Assembly: GCA_045863295.1 (NCBI GenBank)
Contig: BTWA01000034.1
Span: 517 to 64,516 of the forward strand
Reading direction: 5' to 3'
Length of the DNA: 64,000 bases
DNA from: Candidatus Hydrogenedentota bacterium
GTDB lineage: Bacteria; Hydrogenedentota; Hydrogenedentia; Hydrogenedentales; SLHB01
Part shown: positions 1 through 9,916 of the stretch, in pieces
How the letters are laid out: every line of letters starts with the position of its first letter
How positions within the stretch are numbered: the stretch's first letter is position 1
Position numbers and translations under genes: made by a program
Notes under the pieces: model-generated
Seen by the model: the letters and a program-made list of their open reading frames with translations, nothing else
The model's database searches: none
What the model was told of the DNA's origin: nothing

Positions 1-777
1 GAACCGGTGGCCGCCTGCGTCGAGTACGCTATTCGCACGGACCGCCAGCAACGGCTGATGGTGGTGGATATTGGCGGCGGCACGTGTGACGTCTGCATCA
101 TGGAGTTTGGGGGTTCGCATCGGGCGGCGGAACGGCTTTCCGAAAGCCGCATTCTGGGGGTAGCGGGTGTCCCGATCGCCGGCGACGCCATCGACAAGGA
201 AGTGATCCGCCAAAAGTTGTTCCCTTGTTTCGGCAGCCGCTCCCGCTTTGGCCCTTCGAATTTGCCTATGCCGCAGTACGTGTACAATGCCATATTGGAC
301 TGGCAGAACTTGTATAAACTTAATACGGAAGAAACCATCAACTGGTTGCTCGCGACCGAGGCCTGTTCCAATCAGCCTGAGGCCATACGCGCGTTGCGCT
401 GTCTTATTCAACGCAACTACGGCTACCCAGTGGTTCGCAAAGTTGAGCAGGCAAAGAAGCTGTTGTCGGACGCGCAGGAAGCCACGGTGGAAATCCGGCA
501 CGATGACATCCGAATTCTCGAGCGCTTGCAGCGGAGCGAGTTCACTCACATTATCGAGCCGGTACTCGATGATATGTATGCAAGCATTGACGAGGCGGAA
601 CGCGTTGCCGGAGTCACCTCTGCCAGTATCGATTTCGTACTTACCACGGGAGGAACCAGCCTTATCCCCGCGATTCGCAACCATCTGATTGAGCGTTACG
701 GAGAAGACCGCATGCAACACCGCGACACGTTTACCAGCGTGGCCAGCGGATTGGCAGTAGTCGCGCAGTACGCTTGA
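1..777 (+). CDS. Hsp70-family protein (YegD-like), 5'-truncated by window edge
   Basis: Frame open from position 1 (EPVAA); Hsp70 motifs VVDIGGGTCD and LTTGGTSLIPAIR; ends right after the ATPase domain, as YegD-type proteins do. Confidence 0.85.
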   Translation, partial: EPVAACVEYAIRTDRQQRLMVVDIGGGTCDVCIMEFGGSHRAAERLSESRILGVAGVPIAGDAIDKEVIRQKLFPCFGSRSRFGPSNLPMPQYVYNAILDWQNLYKLNTEETINWLLATEACSNQPEAIRALRCLIQRNYGYPVVRKVEQAKKLLSDAQEATVEIRHDDIRILERLQRSEFTHIIEPVLDDMYASIDEAERVAGVTSASIDFVLTTGGTSLIPAIRNHLIERYGEDRMQHRDTFTSVASGLAVVAQYA

Positions 778-823
778 TTGTCCACCATCCTGTTTCGGAT
801 GCGTTATTGGCGGGGTCTCATTT

Positions 824-1918
824 TTATATGGCTGCTTCGGGCTGGATGCCGGCGTGCACCACGCAATTCCTGCCGCGGCGTTTGGCGAGATAGAGGGATT
901 TATCGGCAAATGCGACAAGGGTTGCCCGGTTGCTGATCTCGCGATCCAAGGTCGCCACGCCAATACTGACGGTCACCGGCCGTTCACACCATGGTTCGTT
1001 TTCGATCGCTTTCCGAAGGCGCTCGCACACAATTTGTGCCGCCAATTCATCCGTATTGGGAAGAATTACGGCAAATTCCTCACCGCCGTACCTTGCCGCA
1101 AAGTCACCCATCCGGCATGTCTGACGAAGCACTTGCCCAACCGTCATCAACACCAAATCGCCCGCCGGGTGGCCGTAGTTGTCGTTGTATTCCTTGAAGT
1201 GATCGATGTCGAGCAATGCGAGCGAAATGGAGTTGCCATAGCGGGTCGATCGGATAAATTCTTCTTCCAGCCGCAAATCAAAGGCACGCCGGTTCATAAG
1301 CCGGGTCAGTCCATCAGTGAGCGATTCCGCCTGCAGTCGGGCGTTGGCTTCTTCCAGCTTGCGCTGATATAGCTCCAGTTGCAGAGCGTATTGCTCTCGC
1401 ACGTTGGATTCTTTCTCCAAACTGGCAATAGCCTTGCGTAATTCCAATTGCGCCATAACCTGACGCGAAAGCGCCCGAAGTGTTTCCTCATCTTCTGCAC
1501 TCAACTCCCGCGGCACTAAATCAACGACGCACAACGTTCCCAGCGCCGCTCCGCCGGATGTTACGAGCGGCACGCCCGCATAAAACCGCACACGCGGGTT
1601 GGTCGTCACGAGCGGATTGTCGGCGAAACGCGCGTCGGTCAATGCGTCAGGCACGACGAAGACGTTTTCGGGATCGAGAATCGCATGTGCGCAAAAAGCG
1701 ATGTCCCGCGGTGTGCCGGTCATATCGGTTCCAATTTTGGATTTGAACCATTGCCGGTCTTCATCAACGAGGCTAATCATTCCAATCGGTGTGTCCGTGA
1801 TACGGGCCGCGATCAGGACAATATCGTCGTAGGCCTGTTCCGGCAGCGTGTCCATTACATTGTAGTCGCGCAATGCTTGGAGTCGTTCTGCTTCGTTTTC
1901 AGGAATGCGTGGCTTCAT
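824..1918 (-). CDS. GAF-sensor diguanylate cyclase
   Basis: N-terminal ENEAERLQALRDY GAF domain; GGEEF active site with RxxD I-site (RMGD); start placed at ATG MKPRIP. Confidence 0.93.
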   Translation of the reverse strand: MKPRIPENEAERLQALRDYNVMDTLPEQAYDDIVLIAARITDTPIGMISLVDEDRQWFKSKIGTDMTGTPRDIAFCAHAILDPENVFVVPDALTDARFADNPLVTTNPRVRFYAGVPLVTSGGAALGTLCVVDLVPRELSAEDEETLRALSRQVMAQLELRKAIASLEKESNVREQYALQLELYQRKLEEANARLQAESLTDGLTRLMNRRAFDLRLEEEFIRSTRYGNSISLALLDIDHFKEYNDNYGHPAGDLVLMTVGQVLRQTCRMGDFAARYGGEEFAVILPNTDELAAQIVCERLRKAIENEPWCERPVTVSIGVATLDREISNRATLVAFADKSLYLAKRRGRNCVVHAGIQPEAAI

Positions 1919-2139
1919 GCGATAAAGCCCTCTTGGCAACGTTGTTACCGGTAACCCGAAACCGGTATGGCAATAACGCCGGGTCAATTGGCGGCGGCAT
2001 CGCGTTTGCCGTCTACGTTCGGCCAACCCAAGTCGATACTGAACCTTTGGTTCAGTTTAACATAGGGTACGAAGCGCGCCAAGAGGTTTCCACGTTCTCT
2101 GTGCGGTAAATGCCCCAGTCAAACCGAGGCCGACGCTGT

Positions 2140-3093
2140 CTACCTACGCACCTCGACGACCAGGAAAGGGTTCAGGAAAGTGCCGTGTAGAGAGGCCGGC
2201 ATGTTTTCTATGTATCCTGTTATCAATGTCTTAGCCAACTTGACCAGGGGGAGAGATCCGGTTCGCTTGAAGGCAAAGCAGTTCTTCATCGAAAGCGGAC
2301 AAATTTCCTGGGCGCCATTCTCAATGACAAACGCCCTGCGCAGTTCGCCCAGTGAAAACAGGTGGTAGGTCCCGAACGTTTTGTGGAGGGTCATGCCGTA
2401 TTTGTCAAAGAACCATCGCCGAAAACGCATGGCCCCTTGGGGGGTAGCGGCATCGGTAGGTTCATGATGGATGTCAATGGGAAAGCGCTTGTTCGGGCAG
2501 GTGATAAGAATTCGCCCACCCGGACGGGTGACCCGCAGCAATTCCTTGGCAAAGGCGAGGCGCGTTTGCCAGTAATTGGGCTCCAGCGTGTAGTGGCCCA
2601 CTTTGGTGCCGATGTGTTCGATGACGCCAAGGGTGTACAACGCATCAAAATAGCCATCGGGGAAAGGCATGGCTGCGCCGTCGCCACAGAGGAAATGAGC
2701 GGGGTCATTTTGTATAGACTGCCAGAACTTGGCGAGACAAGGGATATCCAGCCCGTATGCGTCGTAACCGTCGGCCAGTGCCATGCGTATGCCCATCCCG
2801 AGGCCGCTGCCTACTTCAAGCACGCGTTTTGCCCCTTCGCGGTCAATCCAGGGCCGGAGAAACTCGCGGTAATAGCGTTCCCATGAGGCCTGCTGCTCAT
2901 CGGCGTAGGCCTCGGACGTGGTTTCCATGTCGTAGAAAACGTCATTAAGCGTAAAGTCGAAGTAACCGAACGGATTGGGTTTGAATGTCCGATGCGCGAA
3001 ATCGCTCACCAGGGCGCCGTTGTCCGCCCGTAAGGGTTGGTGTGTTTGCGGACAAGCCAGAATCGATGCCAGACGTTCGGCAAGATCGCTCAT
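2140..3093 (-). CDS. Class I SAM-dependent methyltransferase with Trm112-like N-terminus
   Basis: LACPQTHQPL Trm112-like start; VLEVGSGLG motif I; PFPDGYFD; LLRVTRPGG. Confidence 0.85.
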   Translation of the reverse strand: MSDLAERLASILACPQTHQPLRADNGALVSDFAHRTFKPNPFGYFDFTLNDVFYDMETTSEAYADEQQASWERYYREFLRPWIDREGAKRVLEVGSGLGMGIRMALADGYDAYGLDIPCLAKFWQSIQNDPAHFLCGDGAAMPFPDGYFDALYTLGVIEHIGTKVGHYTLEPNYWQTRLAFAKELLRVTRPGGRILITCPNKRFPIDIHHEPTDAATPQGAMRFRRWFFDKYGMTLHKTFGTYHLFSLGELRRAFVIENGAQEICPLSMKNCFAFKRTGSLPLVKLAKTLITGYIENMPASLHGTFLNPFLVVEVRR

Positions 3094-3182
3094 GGGTGGC
3101 CTTTGGAGTTACTAAGCCTGCGGTGTAAGTGTAGAATATGCAAGGAACAGGGGACGGGTAAAGCGGCGTTGCACAACCGGAC

Positions 3183-3542
3183 TTACAACCCATTTATGTT
3201 TAGAATGCTTGCTACTTTGGCAAGCCTCTTGTCCAACGTCCACAGTGAAGTATGTGCCAGTCTGGCTGAAGCGAGCAAATGTACGTCAATCCAACCAACG
3301 CCATGTTTCCAAAGGGCGTTCGATTCCAGAAGGACAAGCGCCTCTTCGTGCATTGCAACAGGCACAGAAGGCAAAGCGTTCAATCGGTGAAGTACTTCGA
3401 TTCGGTTTTTCAGTGACCCGCAAGCCAGTTCGCCAGTTACCATTGGATGGATGCAAATCCCGTTTTCCAGCAGATGCGACTGCAGCGTTGGATTCCCAAA
3501 ACGAAAATGGTCGATCCATATGGACGTGTCAGCCAGAATCAA
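3183..3542 (-). CDS. vapC: VapC PIN-domain toxin
   Basis: MILADTSIWIDHFR, GELACG, WIDVHLLASA, LWTLDKRL; ATGA overlap with the upstream antitoxin. Confidence 0.92.
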   Translation of the reverse strand: MILADTSIWIDHFRFGNPTLQSHLLENGICIHPMVTGELACGSLKNRIEVLHRLNALPSVPVAMHEEALVLLESNALWKHGVGWIDVHLLASARLAHTSLWTLDKRLAKVASILNINGL

Positions 3543-3739
3543 GGAGCGGTTCCGGGCCGCCGCCTTGGAATGGGCCGCAATTGTGGCTCGGTTCCGCCTA
3601 ACTCAGCCAGCCTTCGCGCACTTTCCTTTGAAATCAGAGACTCCAGACCCATTCGAACCAAAGCGGTTTTTTCTGTTATCCCGGTAAGAGCGGCGGCCTG
3701 ATCGAGGAGGCGGTCGTCAATGTTGAGGGTAGTTCTCAT
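3539..3739 (-). CDS. vapB: VapB ribbon-helix-helix antitoxin
   Basis: MRTTLNIDDRLLDQA...KTALVRMGLESLI, typical of VapB RHH antitoxins; directly upstream of the PIN gene. Confidence 0.9.
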   Translation of the reverse strand: MRTTLNIDDRLLDQAAALTGITEKTALVRMGLESLISKESARRLAELGGTEPQLRPIPRRRPGTAP

Positions 3740-3740
3740 A

Positions 3741-3775
3741 TGCATAATGATGCACCAATTATACATACGAGTCAA
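3741..3775 (-). promoter_or_regulatory. vapBC promoter with palindromic operator
   Basis: Minus-strand TTGACT (3770-3775) and TATAAT (3758-3763) or CATCAT (3747-3752); inverted repeat TGCAT-AATG-ATGCA at 3741-3754 next to the start codon. Confidence 0.6.
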
Positions 3776-3895
3776 GAACGAAGTGTCTACGTGAACGGGG
3801 ATACTGAGAACTTCATTGTATTCTATGCCTTGAACTGCTTAGTATTTGAGTAGGTGATGATTTGAATTACCGGTTTCAGGAATAGGGAGCATAAG

Positions 3896-4921
3896 TTGGC
3901 CGCTCAAATAAGCAGAGAAATGCAAGATGCGCTTCTCAGGCTGTCGCAAGCGATCACAGTTTCACACGGTCTCGACGAATCCATCCAAGCCGAAGTGTAC
4001 GGTCACTTGGAAGACAAACTGGCGGCTTGTCTGGCAAGCCAACCAACACCGTCGAACGAGGAAGAATTACTCAACGAAGTTCGAAGACATTTCGGGGATC
4101 CTGCGGCTCTTTCACAGCTGCTGCGCCGGGTACATGCCGTCGATTACTCGGCCAGTCTTGCACGGAGAATTTCCGCGGGCATTGCCGCTATTCTCGTGCT
4201 GAATGCCGTGTGGTGTTTTGTGGCGCTGGCGGGGTCCATCCTCTTCGCCATTGGAACTTTCAGGAACTTTGTATTCATCAAGCCTTTAGTTCTCGGCTGC
4301 GTGTTACTGGGCATGTCTATGGGCTTGGTTCTGTTGTTTCGCCATTGGCAGGAGCAACTGACGACACGCAAGCTCCCTTGGTTTGTCCGGTGGAACGTTT
4401 TCCAAATTGCAGCCCTGCTCGTGCTTCTTGTGATCGTGGTCAAACTGATTCCCACGCGCATTCTAGGGGATTGGGGCATTATTGAAATGACCGAAATCAC
4501 TTTCTGGACTCGCACAATAAAACCGGTCAACATGGTATTAGTGCCTTGCGCCTTTGCGCTGCAATGTGCGGCATTGATTTGGTGGTGCGATCCGAAGATT
4601 CAGAATGTGAACCACGCACTAATCGGGATAGCTGCATGGATTTTTCTTGGACTGACACTTGCCATGATACCTTCCGCCGAGTATCTCATAACCCGCGATC
4701 CTGAAGCGTTAGCATCGTCGCAGTCGCTGGGAGTTGGACACTATTTGTTAGTCCGCGGGCCAAGTTTTCCTTTGTATATCGGTACTTCCGCGCACTTCCA
4801 CAATCCACTTTATTTTCTCGGACTCAATTTAATCTATTTCCTGGTGCCCATACTTCCAGCCTTCGCCGTGTATGCCTTGTTGAGTCTGTTTGAACGCCGC
4901 TTATTCGCGCATGCAGGCTAG
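3896..4921 (+). CDS. Multi-pass membrane protein with N-terminal permease-prefix-like helical domain
   Basis: EVYGHLEDK...EVRRHFGDPAALSQLL N-terminal motif followed by about 6-7 hydrophobic helices; visibly lower GC than its neighbours. Confidence 0.7.
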   Translation: MAAQISREMQDALLRLSQAITVSHGLDESIQAEVYGHLEDKLAACLASQPTPSNEEELLNEVRRHFGDPAALSQLLRRVHAVDYSASLARRISAGIAAILVLNAVWCFVALAGSILFAIGTFRNFVFIKPLVLGCVLLGMSMGLVLLFRHWQEQLTTRKLPWFVRWNVFQIAALLVLLVIVVKLIPTRILGDWGIIEMTEITFWTRTIKPVNMVLVPCAFALQCAALIWWCDPKIQNVNHALIGIAAWIFLGLTLAMIPSAEYLITRDPEALASSQSLGVGHYLLVRGPSFPLYIGTSAHFHNPLYFLGLNLIYFLVPILPAFAVYALLSLFERRLFAHAG

Positions 4922-6036
4922 CGCGCATCAATCGGAGTCACGGGCCGTTCCTTGGGTCCGGTGTAGATGCTCAAGGGCCGGTAGATCTTATTGCCGTCGA
5001 GTTGCTCAATGATATGGGCGCTCCAGCCGGTGACACGGGCAGCGACGAAGAGAGGCGTGTAGAGATCAACCGGCAGGCCGAGAATGTAGTAGGTGAGACC
5101 GCACGGATAGTCGACGTTTGGATAGATCTTCTTGTCGTTGACCATCGGTTCTTTGATAGCGTCGTAGATCGCCATCCATTTCTGTTGGCCCTTTTGTTCG
5201 GCGAGCTTGCGGAGCTCCCGCTCGAGAATGACGGCACGGTGGTCGCCGTGTTTGTATACTCGATGGCCGAAGCCCATCACCAACTCTTTTCGCGCGAGTG
5301 CGTCCTTGATCCAGGCGGCAGCCTCCTCGGCCGAACTGAATCGCGCCAGCATCTCCATGGCCGCTTCATTGGCGCCGCCGTGCAATGGTCCTTTCAACGC
5401 CCCGATGCCTCCGACCACGGCGGAAACCATGTCCGAAAGTGTCGAAGTAATTACACGGCAGGTAAAGGTGCTCGCATTGAAATCGTGTTCCGCGTACAAG
5501 ACGAGCGAGAGATCCAGGAGGCGGGCGGCCAATTCAGTGGGCGCTTCGCCGTGCGATTGGAACAAGATCTCGGCGGCATGGGAAAGGCCCCCTTTGGGCG
5601 GCACGGGTTCTAGTCCCTGTTTGAGCCGGTATCGTGCGGCGATTATCGATCCGATCTGCGCCGTGAGCCACAGCGCACGTTCGCGATTGGCGTCGATATC
5701 AGACCCCGATACCGGGCAAAAATGACCGGCGTACGACACTGAACTACGGAGCACGTCCATCATGGACACGTCGTTGGGAATGGCGCGCATGGCCTCCACG
5801 ACGCGGATGTTCAGCACACGATACTCGTCCAGCGTGTTCTTCACACGTTCCAGTGCAGCCGTATCGGGCAAATCCCCGAACAACAGGAGGTGGGCCACCT
5901 CTTCAAAGCAACACGTTTCCGCCAGATCGGCGATGGGATAGCCGCGATACAACAACTTGCCTTGATCTACGCACCCTATGGACGTTTCGCCGGCGATCAC
6001 GCCGGCCAGCCCGGGACTGTAGGTTTGCTCTGTCAT
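4918..6036 (-). CDS. prpC: 2-methylcitrate synthase / citrate synthase
   Basis: GLAGVIAGET, AEHDFNASTF, LKGPLHGGANE, MGFGHRVYK, YPNVDY; same cluster as prpB. Confidence 0.88.
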   Translation of the reverse strand: MTEQTYSPGLAGVIAGETSIGCVDQGKLLYRGYPIADLAETCCFEEVAHLLLFGDLPDTAALERVKNTLDEYRVLNIRVVEAMRAIPNDVSMMDVLRSSVSYAGHFCPVSGSDIDANRERALWLTAQIGSIIAARYRLKQGLEPVPPKGGLSHAAEILFQSHGEAPTELAARLLDLSLVLYAEHDFNASTFTCRVITSTLSDMVSAVVGGIGALKGPLHGGANEAAMEMLARFSSAEEAAAWIKDALARKELVMGFGHRVYKHGDHRAVILERELRKLAEQKGQQKWMAIYDAIKEPMVNDKKIYPNVDYPCGLTYYILGLPVDLYTPLFVAARVTGWSAHIIEQLDGNKIYRPLSIYTGPKERPVTPIDAR

Positions 6037-6083
6037 GATGCGGCTCCTTGTTCGGACACATCCGGCCACTCAAGATCGCCGGA

Positions 6084-7049
6084 TCATTCACTTCCCAGTT
6101 TGACGGTCAGAAATGAGGCCATGTCCAGCCATGGCGCGGCTTTGTTTGTCTCGATGTCAGGATAGTCTTCGCGAAACTTGACCACGCATTCCACGTTCAG
6201 CGATTTCATTCTCGAGCGCATCACCTCGCCAAACTTCGGGTGGTGAATGTGTTGCTCTCCGGTTGAATTGATCGGCAAAGGCGTGTTTGCCTGCGGGTAA
6301 AACAACAACAGTGGCGGGTCGTCGGCGCTGATGTGAGTCAACGCAGAGGAGTCTTCAAACAACGGAATGCACTGGGGGTTGTTTAAGTCCTCTTCGGAGG
6401 CCATTCCGAAGAAGGTAACCAAAGCGCTGTGCACGCGGTTGGTATTGAACATGGATTGTATGAAACGGGGATCGTACGAGGTTTGCGCCGCGAATACGGC
6501 GACGCACTTCAAGCGTGTCGATTCGCGCGCAATCGGATCGTCGCTTTTGGAATCAGCCAGATCATCGTGAAATGCCAGCCACTGGGAAATGCCGGATCCC
6601 GCGGATCCGCCAGTTGCACCCACCCGGGACGGATCGACATTGTAGTCCTTCGCATGGTACCGGATGAATTGAAGTGCGCGCGCGCAATCGAGCATCTGGG
6701 CTGGATATATGGCGGTGTCCGTTAACCGGTAATTCACTGCAGCCACCGTGATACCGTTGGCGAGCAAGGTTTTCAACAGGGCAGGGTTGATGCTGCGCTT
6801 GTCGCCGCCGCGAAATCCGCCACCGTGATAGTGGATAACAAGCGGCGTGGGCTTTTCGCTCTTAGCCAGCCATATGTCGAAGACGTTGCGCTCGTGTGGG
6901 CCATAGGAAACATTTGGATAATCGGGTTCCGGGATTTGCGGTCGTTCTCGTTCTTGTCGTACGGTGTCTCGATCGCCTTCGGGTTGCGCCATCGCAGGCA
7001 CGTTTGCCGCCGCGAGCAGGATCAGTAGCAGAAAAAACCGGCCTGTCAT
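6084..7049 (-). CDS. Secreted alpha/beta-hydrolase (carboxylesterase-like)
   Basis: Signal peptide ending AMA-Q; HGGGF oxyanion motif; GGSAG nucleophile elbow; C-terminal HIHH. Confidence 0.85.
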   Translation of the reverse strand: MTGRFFLLLILLAAANVPAMAQPEGDRDTVRQERERPQIPEPDYPNVSYGPHERNVFDIWLAKSEKPTPLVIHYHGGGFRGGDKRSINPALLKTLLANGITVAAVNYRLTDTAIYPAQMLDCARALQFIRYHAKDYNVDPSRVGATGGSAGSGISQWLAFHDDLADSKSDDPIARESTRLKCVAVFAAQTSYDPRFIQSMFNTNRVHSALVTFFGMASEEDLNNPQCIPLFEDSSALTHISADDPPLLLFYPQANTPLPINSTGEQHIHHPKFGEVMRSRMKSLNVECVVKFREDYPDIETNKAAPWLDMASFLTVKLGSE

Positions 7050-7076
7050 TTTAGATTCCTTCGTCCAAATCCCGAT

Positions 7077-7937
7077 TCACACGCTTCCTTCGTAATTCAG
7101 CAGGCTGTACAATTCTTGGCGGGTCTGCATCCGGTTCAACATGCCGGATTGCGTTCCTTTTCCCTTGATCTCATGCAAGGCTTCTTCCATCGCTTTCATC
7201 GCCACGCGCTGTAGTGTCACCGGAAAGATGACGAGGCTGTAGCCCATGTCGGAAAACTCGTTGACATGAATGTACGGTGTTTTTCCAAACTCGGTCATAT
7301 TTGCGAGGAGTATAGTGTCCACGTCGTCCGCAAACCGCGCGAATTCCTGTTCGTCTTTAAGCGCCTCCGGGAAGATCCCGTCCGCGCCCGCTTCCAGGTA
7401 CTTGTGGGCCCGGGCGACGGCGTCGTCGTAGCCGTGCACCCCTCGCGCGTCAGTGCGGGCCAATAGAAGAAAGTCCTCGCTGGTCTTTGCCTCGGCGGCG
7501 GCGGCAATCTTCTCGCAGAACTCCCCGGCATCCACGATACGTTTGCCTTCCAGGTGACCGCATCGTTTTGGAAACTCCTGGTCTTCCAGGTGGACGCCGC
7601 TGACTCCGGCCGCTTCCAGTACCCGTAGGGTCCGAGCGGCATTCTCCGGCCCGCCGTATCCGGTATCGGCGTCGGCAATGATGGGAAGGCTGCAGGCGCT
7701 GGCTATGTGAGTGCAATGGTCGCGGGACTCGGTCAGCGTCATCAGACCCGTATCCGGGACGCCCCCAACGCTGTTGGCCAAGACCGCGCCGGATATGTAC
7801 GCCGCTTCGAAACCGACTCTCTCGATCAACCTGGCGCTCAGGGCGTTAATGGCCCCCGGCAACACCACAGTATGGCCGGCAATGAGATCGCGAAGCCGCG
7901 CAGACCGATCCGCAGACGATGGAAACGTTTCGTCCAT
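7077..7937 (-). CDS. prpB: Methylisocitrate lyase
   Basis: ADADTGYG, HLEDQEFPKRCGHL, ARTDA, LANMTEFGKTP, MQTRQELY. Confidence 0.93.
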   Translation of the reverse strand: MDETFPSSADRSARLRDLIAGHTVVLPGAINALSARLIERVGFEAAYISGAVLANSVGGVPDTGLMTLTESRDHCTHIASACSLPIIADADTGYGGPENAARTLRVLEAAGVSGVHLEDQEFPKRCGHLEGKRIVDAGEFCEKIAAAAEAKTSEDFLLLARTDARGVHGYDDAVARAHKYLEAGADGIFPEALKDEQEFARFADDVDTILLANMTEFGKTPYIHVNEFSDMGYSLVIFPVTLQRVAMKAMEEALHEIKGKGTQSGMLNRMQTRQELYSLLNYEGSV

Positions 7938-8333
7938 ACCCAGTTGTGTCCTTCCACACCCACCCATGAGCTTGGCACTGCCGCCAATCCCGAGTCAAGG
8001 CGTCAGAATCGGCCGCACTTAACGAAATGCCGACTAGCGTGGATAGTACAACAAATGGCACAAAGAAACGCTGTGGATACCGAACCGCCCTTTCCGTGCA
8101 TACGTAGCGGCCGTTCCCTGCAGGCGGCCAGTTTTTCTGCACCAGCAGACATTGGATTGACTCATTGGCAAGTCGGAGACTTCCGGCGTAGAACGGGTAT
8201 GCTTGGCCGGTAGAAAGATGGACTCTGAGGCAACTAATCGCACCTCGGAAGTCCTAGGCTTGCCCCGGATGTATCACGTATTCAGGTGCGCAGGCACATA
8301 GTCATTCGCGTGGATACGCCACGGCCATAACGG

Positions 8334-8945
8334 TCAGAGACTTGCGCCAATATCACGAACGGCCTTATTCACGATCTCTGAAATTGCGCTGCTCATCGCA
8401 GCCGGCGCATCCGCCACGTCATTGCCCGTCAGATCTTTGGTGGCAACGAGCGTATCCTGCCAGATGAGTTCCTTTTCGATCGCCTTGCGCAATTCGAGCC
8501 GGACTTCGCAAAGCGCCTTCCACGGCTCCTCGTCGCGCAGAATGTCGAACCGCCTCACCTCGCCACTTAAAATCAAATTGGGACGAGTTTGGTCCAAGGA
8601 GTAGCCGACGTCTGAAAACCGGCCAGACGCCGTCAATGCGTCCATGAGCGCGCGCGTAACAACTTCCCTTGGGGGTTCCGCCCATTCCGCATAGGGAAAT
8701 GTCCCAACCTCGAAATCGGACGTGCGATACACAATTGGTTGGTTGTACGGCTGCGCCGCTATCAACAGTCGCACGGCCAGGCTCTGGCCTGTCGAAACCC
8801 CAGGCTCGACCGTAGGCTGCGGCGCCAACGCATAGCGCGCCGTTGGCACATAGCTGCGCGTCAGGCAACCGGTTGACAGCACGGCAACCGCGATTGTAAT
8901 AAACAGAAATCGGTTCATTTCGAATTTTTTCCCTGTCGCTCTCAT
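8334..8945 (-). CDS. PqiC-like ABC auxiliary lipoprotein
   Basis: Lipobox LSTGC (alternative start at 8918); WAEPP motif; last gene of the MCE cluster, ATGA-coupled to mlaD. Confidence 0.82.
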   Translation of the reverse strand: MRATGKKFEMNRFLFITIAVAVLSTGCLTRSYVPTARYALAPQPTVEPGVSTGQSLAVRLLIAAQPYNQPIVYRTSDFEVGTFPYAEWAEPPREVVTRALMDALTASGRFSDVGYSLDQTRPNLILSGEVRRFDILRDEEPWKALCEVRLELRKAIEKELIWQDTLVATKDLTGNDVADAPAAMSSAISEIVNKAVRDIGASL

Positions 8946-9907
8946 TGACCACCGCTCCGCGCATCGGCACGTCCGCGCAGGACCGACGAAGGGTCGTTCT
9001 TCAGATAATCCGCGAGTTCGCGCACCGCAAGCAAAGTCTCATTGAACACCCGAATGGATTCGATCAACGTGTGCTCCACGTTGTCTGTACCGTATACGAT
9101 TGTCTGCATCGACTTATCGAGATTCTCAGTTGTTTTGCTCAATTGTTCGGCAAGTTTCTCGTAAGGCTCACGCCACTTTGCCTCCACCTCGTTCAGCTCA
9201 AGCGTATCGATCTTCTTGCGAACGTCGGCTATGGCAAGATTGGTCGTTTCCACCATTTCCTGCGTGGATTTTGCGAGTTCATTGAAACTGTCCGTACTCT
9301 TGGTGAGGCTTCCCTTCACTTCGGAGACGGTTGTCTCTATTTCCGCGACCAACTCGGACCCTTGCTTTACGAACGCGTGAACGTCCTCGAGCATGACGGC
9401 GAGTTCTCCTTCCTCCAGGCCAACCATGCCGCTCTTAACCTGATCGATGATGTCCTGCAAGCTCTTGACAATCGGGCCGATCTGGTTGCTGATAGACGTA
9501 ATGACCGATGTTTCGGTGGGTATGACGGCACCGGGCTGCAACGGCCGCCCGTTCGGATCGCCTCCATAGAGACCCACACACATGGCTCCCGTTGCAAGGC
9601 TGTATATTTCCAGCTTTCCGGTAACGCCTTCTTTCAATTCCACCTTCCGGGGGTCAATCAACAGGGTCACTTGAGCGTTGTTCGTCTTCGGGTCGACGTA
9701 AATATCACTTACCTTTCCCACCGGTACACCCAGATATTGCACCAGCCCGTCGACCCCCAGTCCCAGCACCGAATCCTGAAAATACACCGTATACTCGTTG
9801 TAGTTTACGGTGCGGTATCCCTGAATCACGGCCATGAGAATGACGAACAAACCGGTGGTTACCGTTAAGAAGAGCCCGACTTTTATTTTCTGCGATCGTG
9901 TAGCCAC
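8942..9907 (-). CDS. mlaD: MCE/MlaD-family protein
   Basis: N-terminal TM helix, SVLGLGVDGLVQYLGVPVGKV MCE motif, long helical C-terminus ending PSSVLRG. Confidence 0.9.
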   Translation of the reverse strand: MATRSQKIKVGLFLTVTTGLFVILMAVIQGYRTVNYNEYTVYFQDSVLGLGVDGLVQYLGVPVGKVSDIYVDPKTNNAQVTLLIDPRKVELKEGVTGKLEIYSLATGAMCVGLYGGDPNGRPLQPGAVIPTETSVITSISNQIGPIVKSLQDIIDQVKSGMVGLEEGELAVMLEDVHAFVKQGSELVAEIETTVSEVKGSLTKSTDSFNELAKSTQEMVETTNLAIADVRKKIDTLELNEVEAKWREPYEKLAEQLSKTTENLDKSMQTIVYGTDNVEHTLIESIRVFNETLLAVRELADYLKNDPSSVLRGRADARSGGQ

Positions 9908-9916
9908 ACTCGCTCC

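Noticed and set aside
7940-8333. About 390-nt gap upstream of prpB as a possible ncRNA, riboswitch or sigma54 promoter
   Set aside because: TGGCAC words lack the TTGC at the correct spacing; no recognisable riboswitch or convincing small ORF
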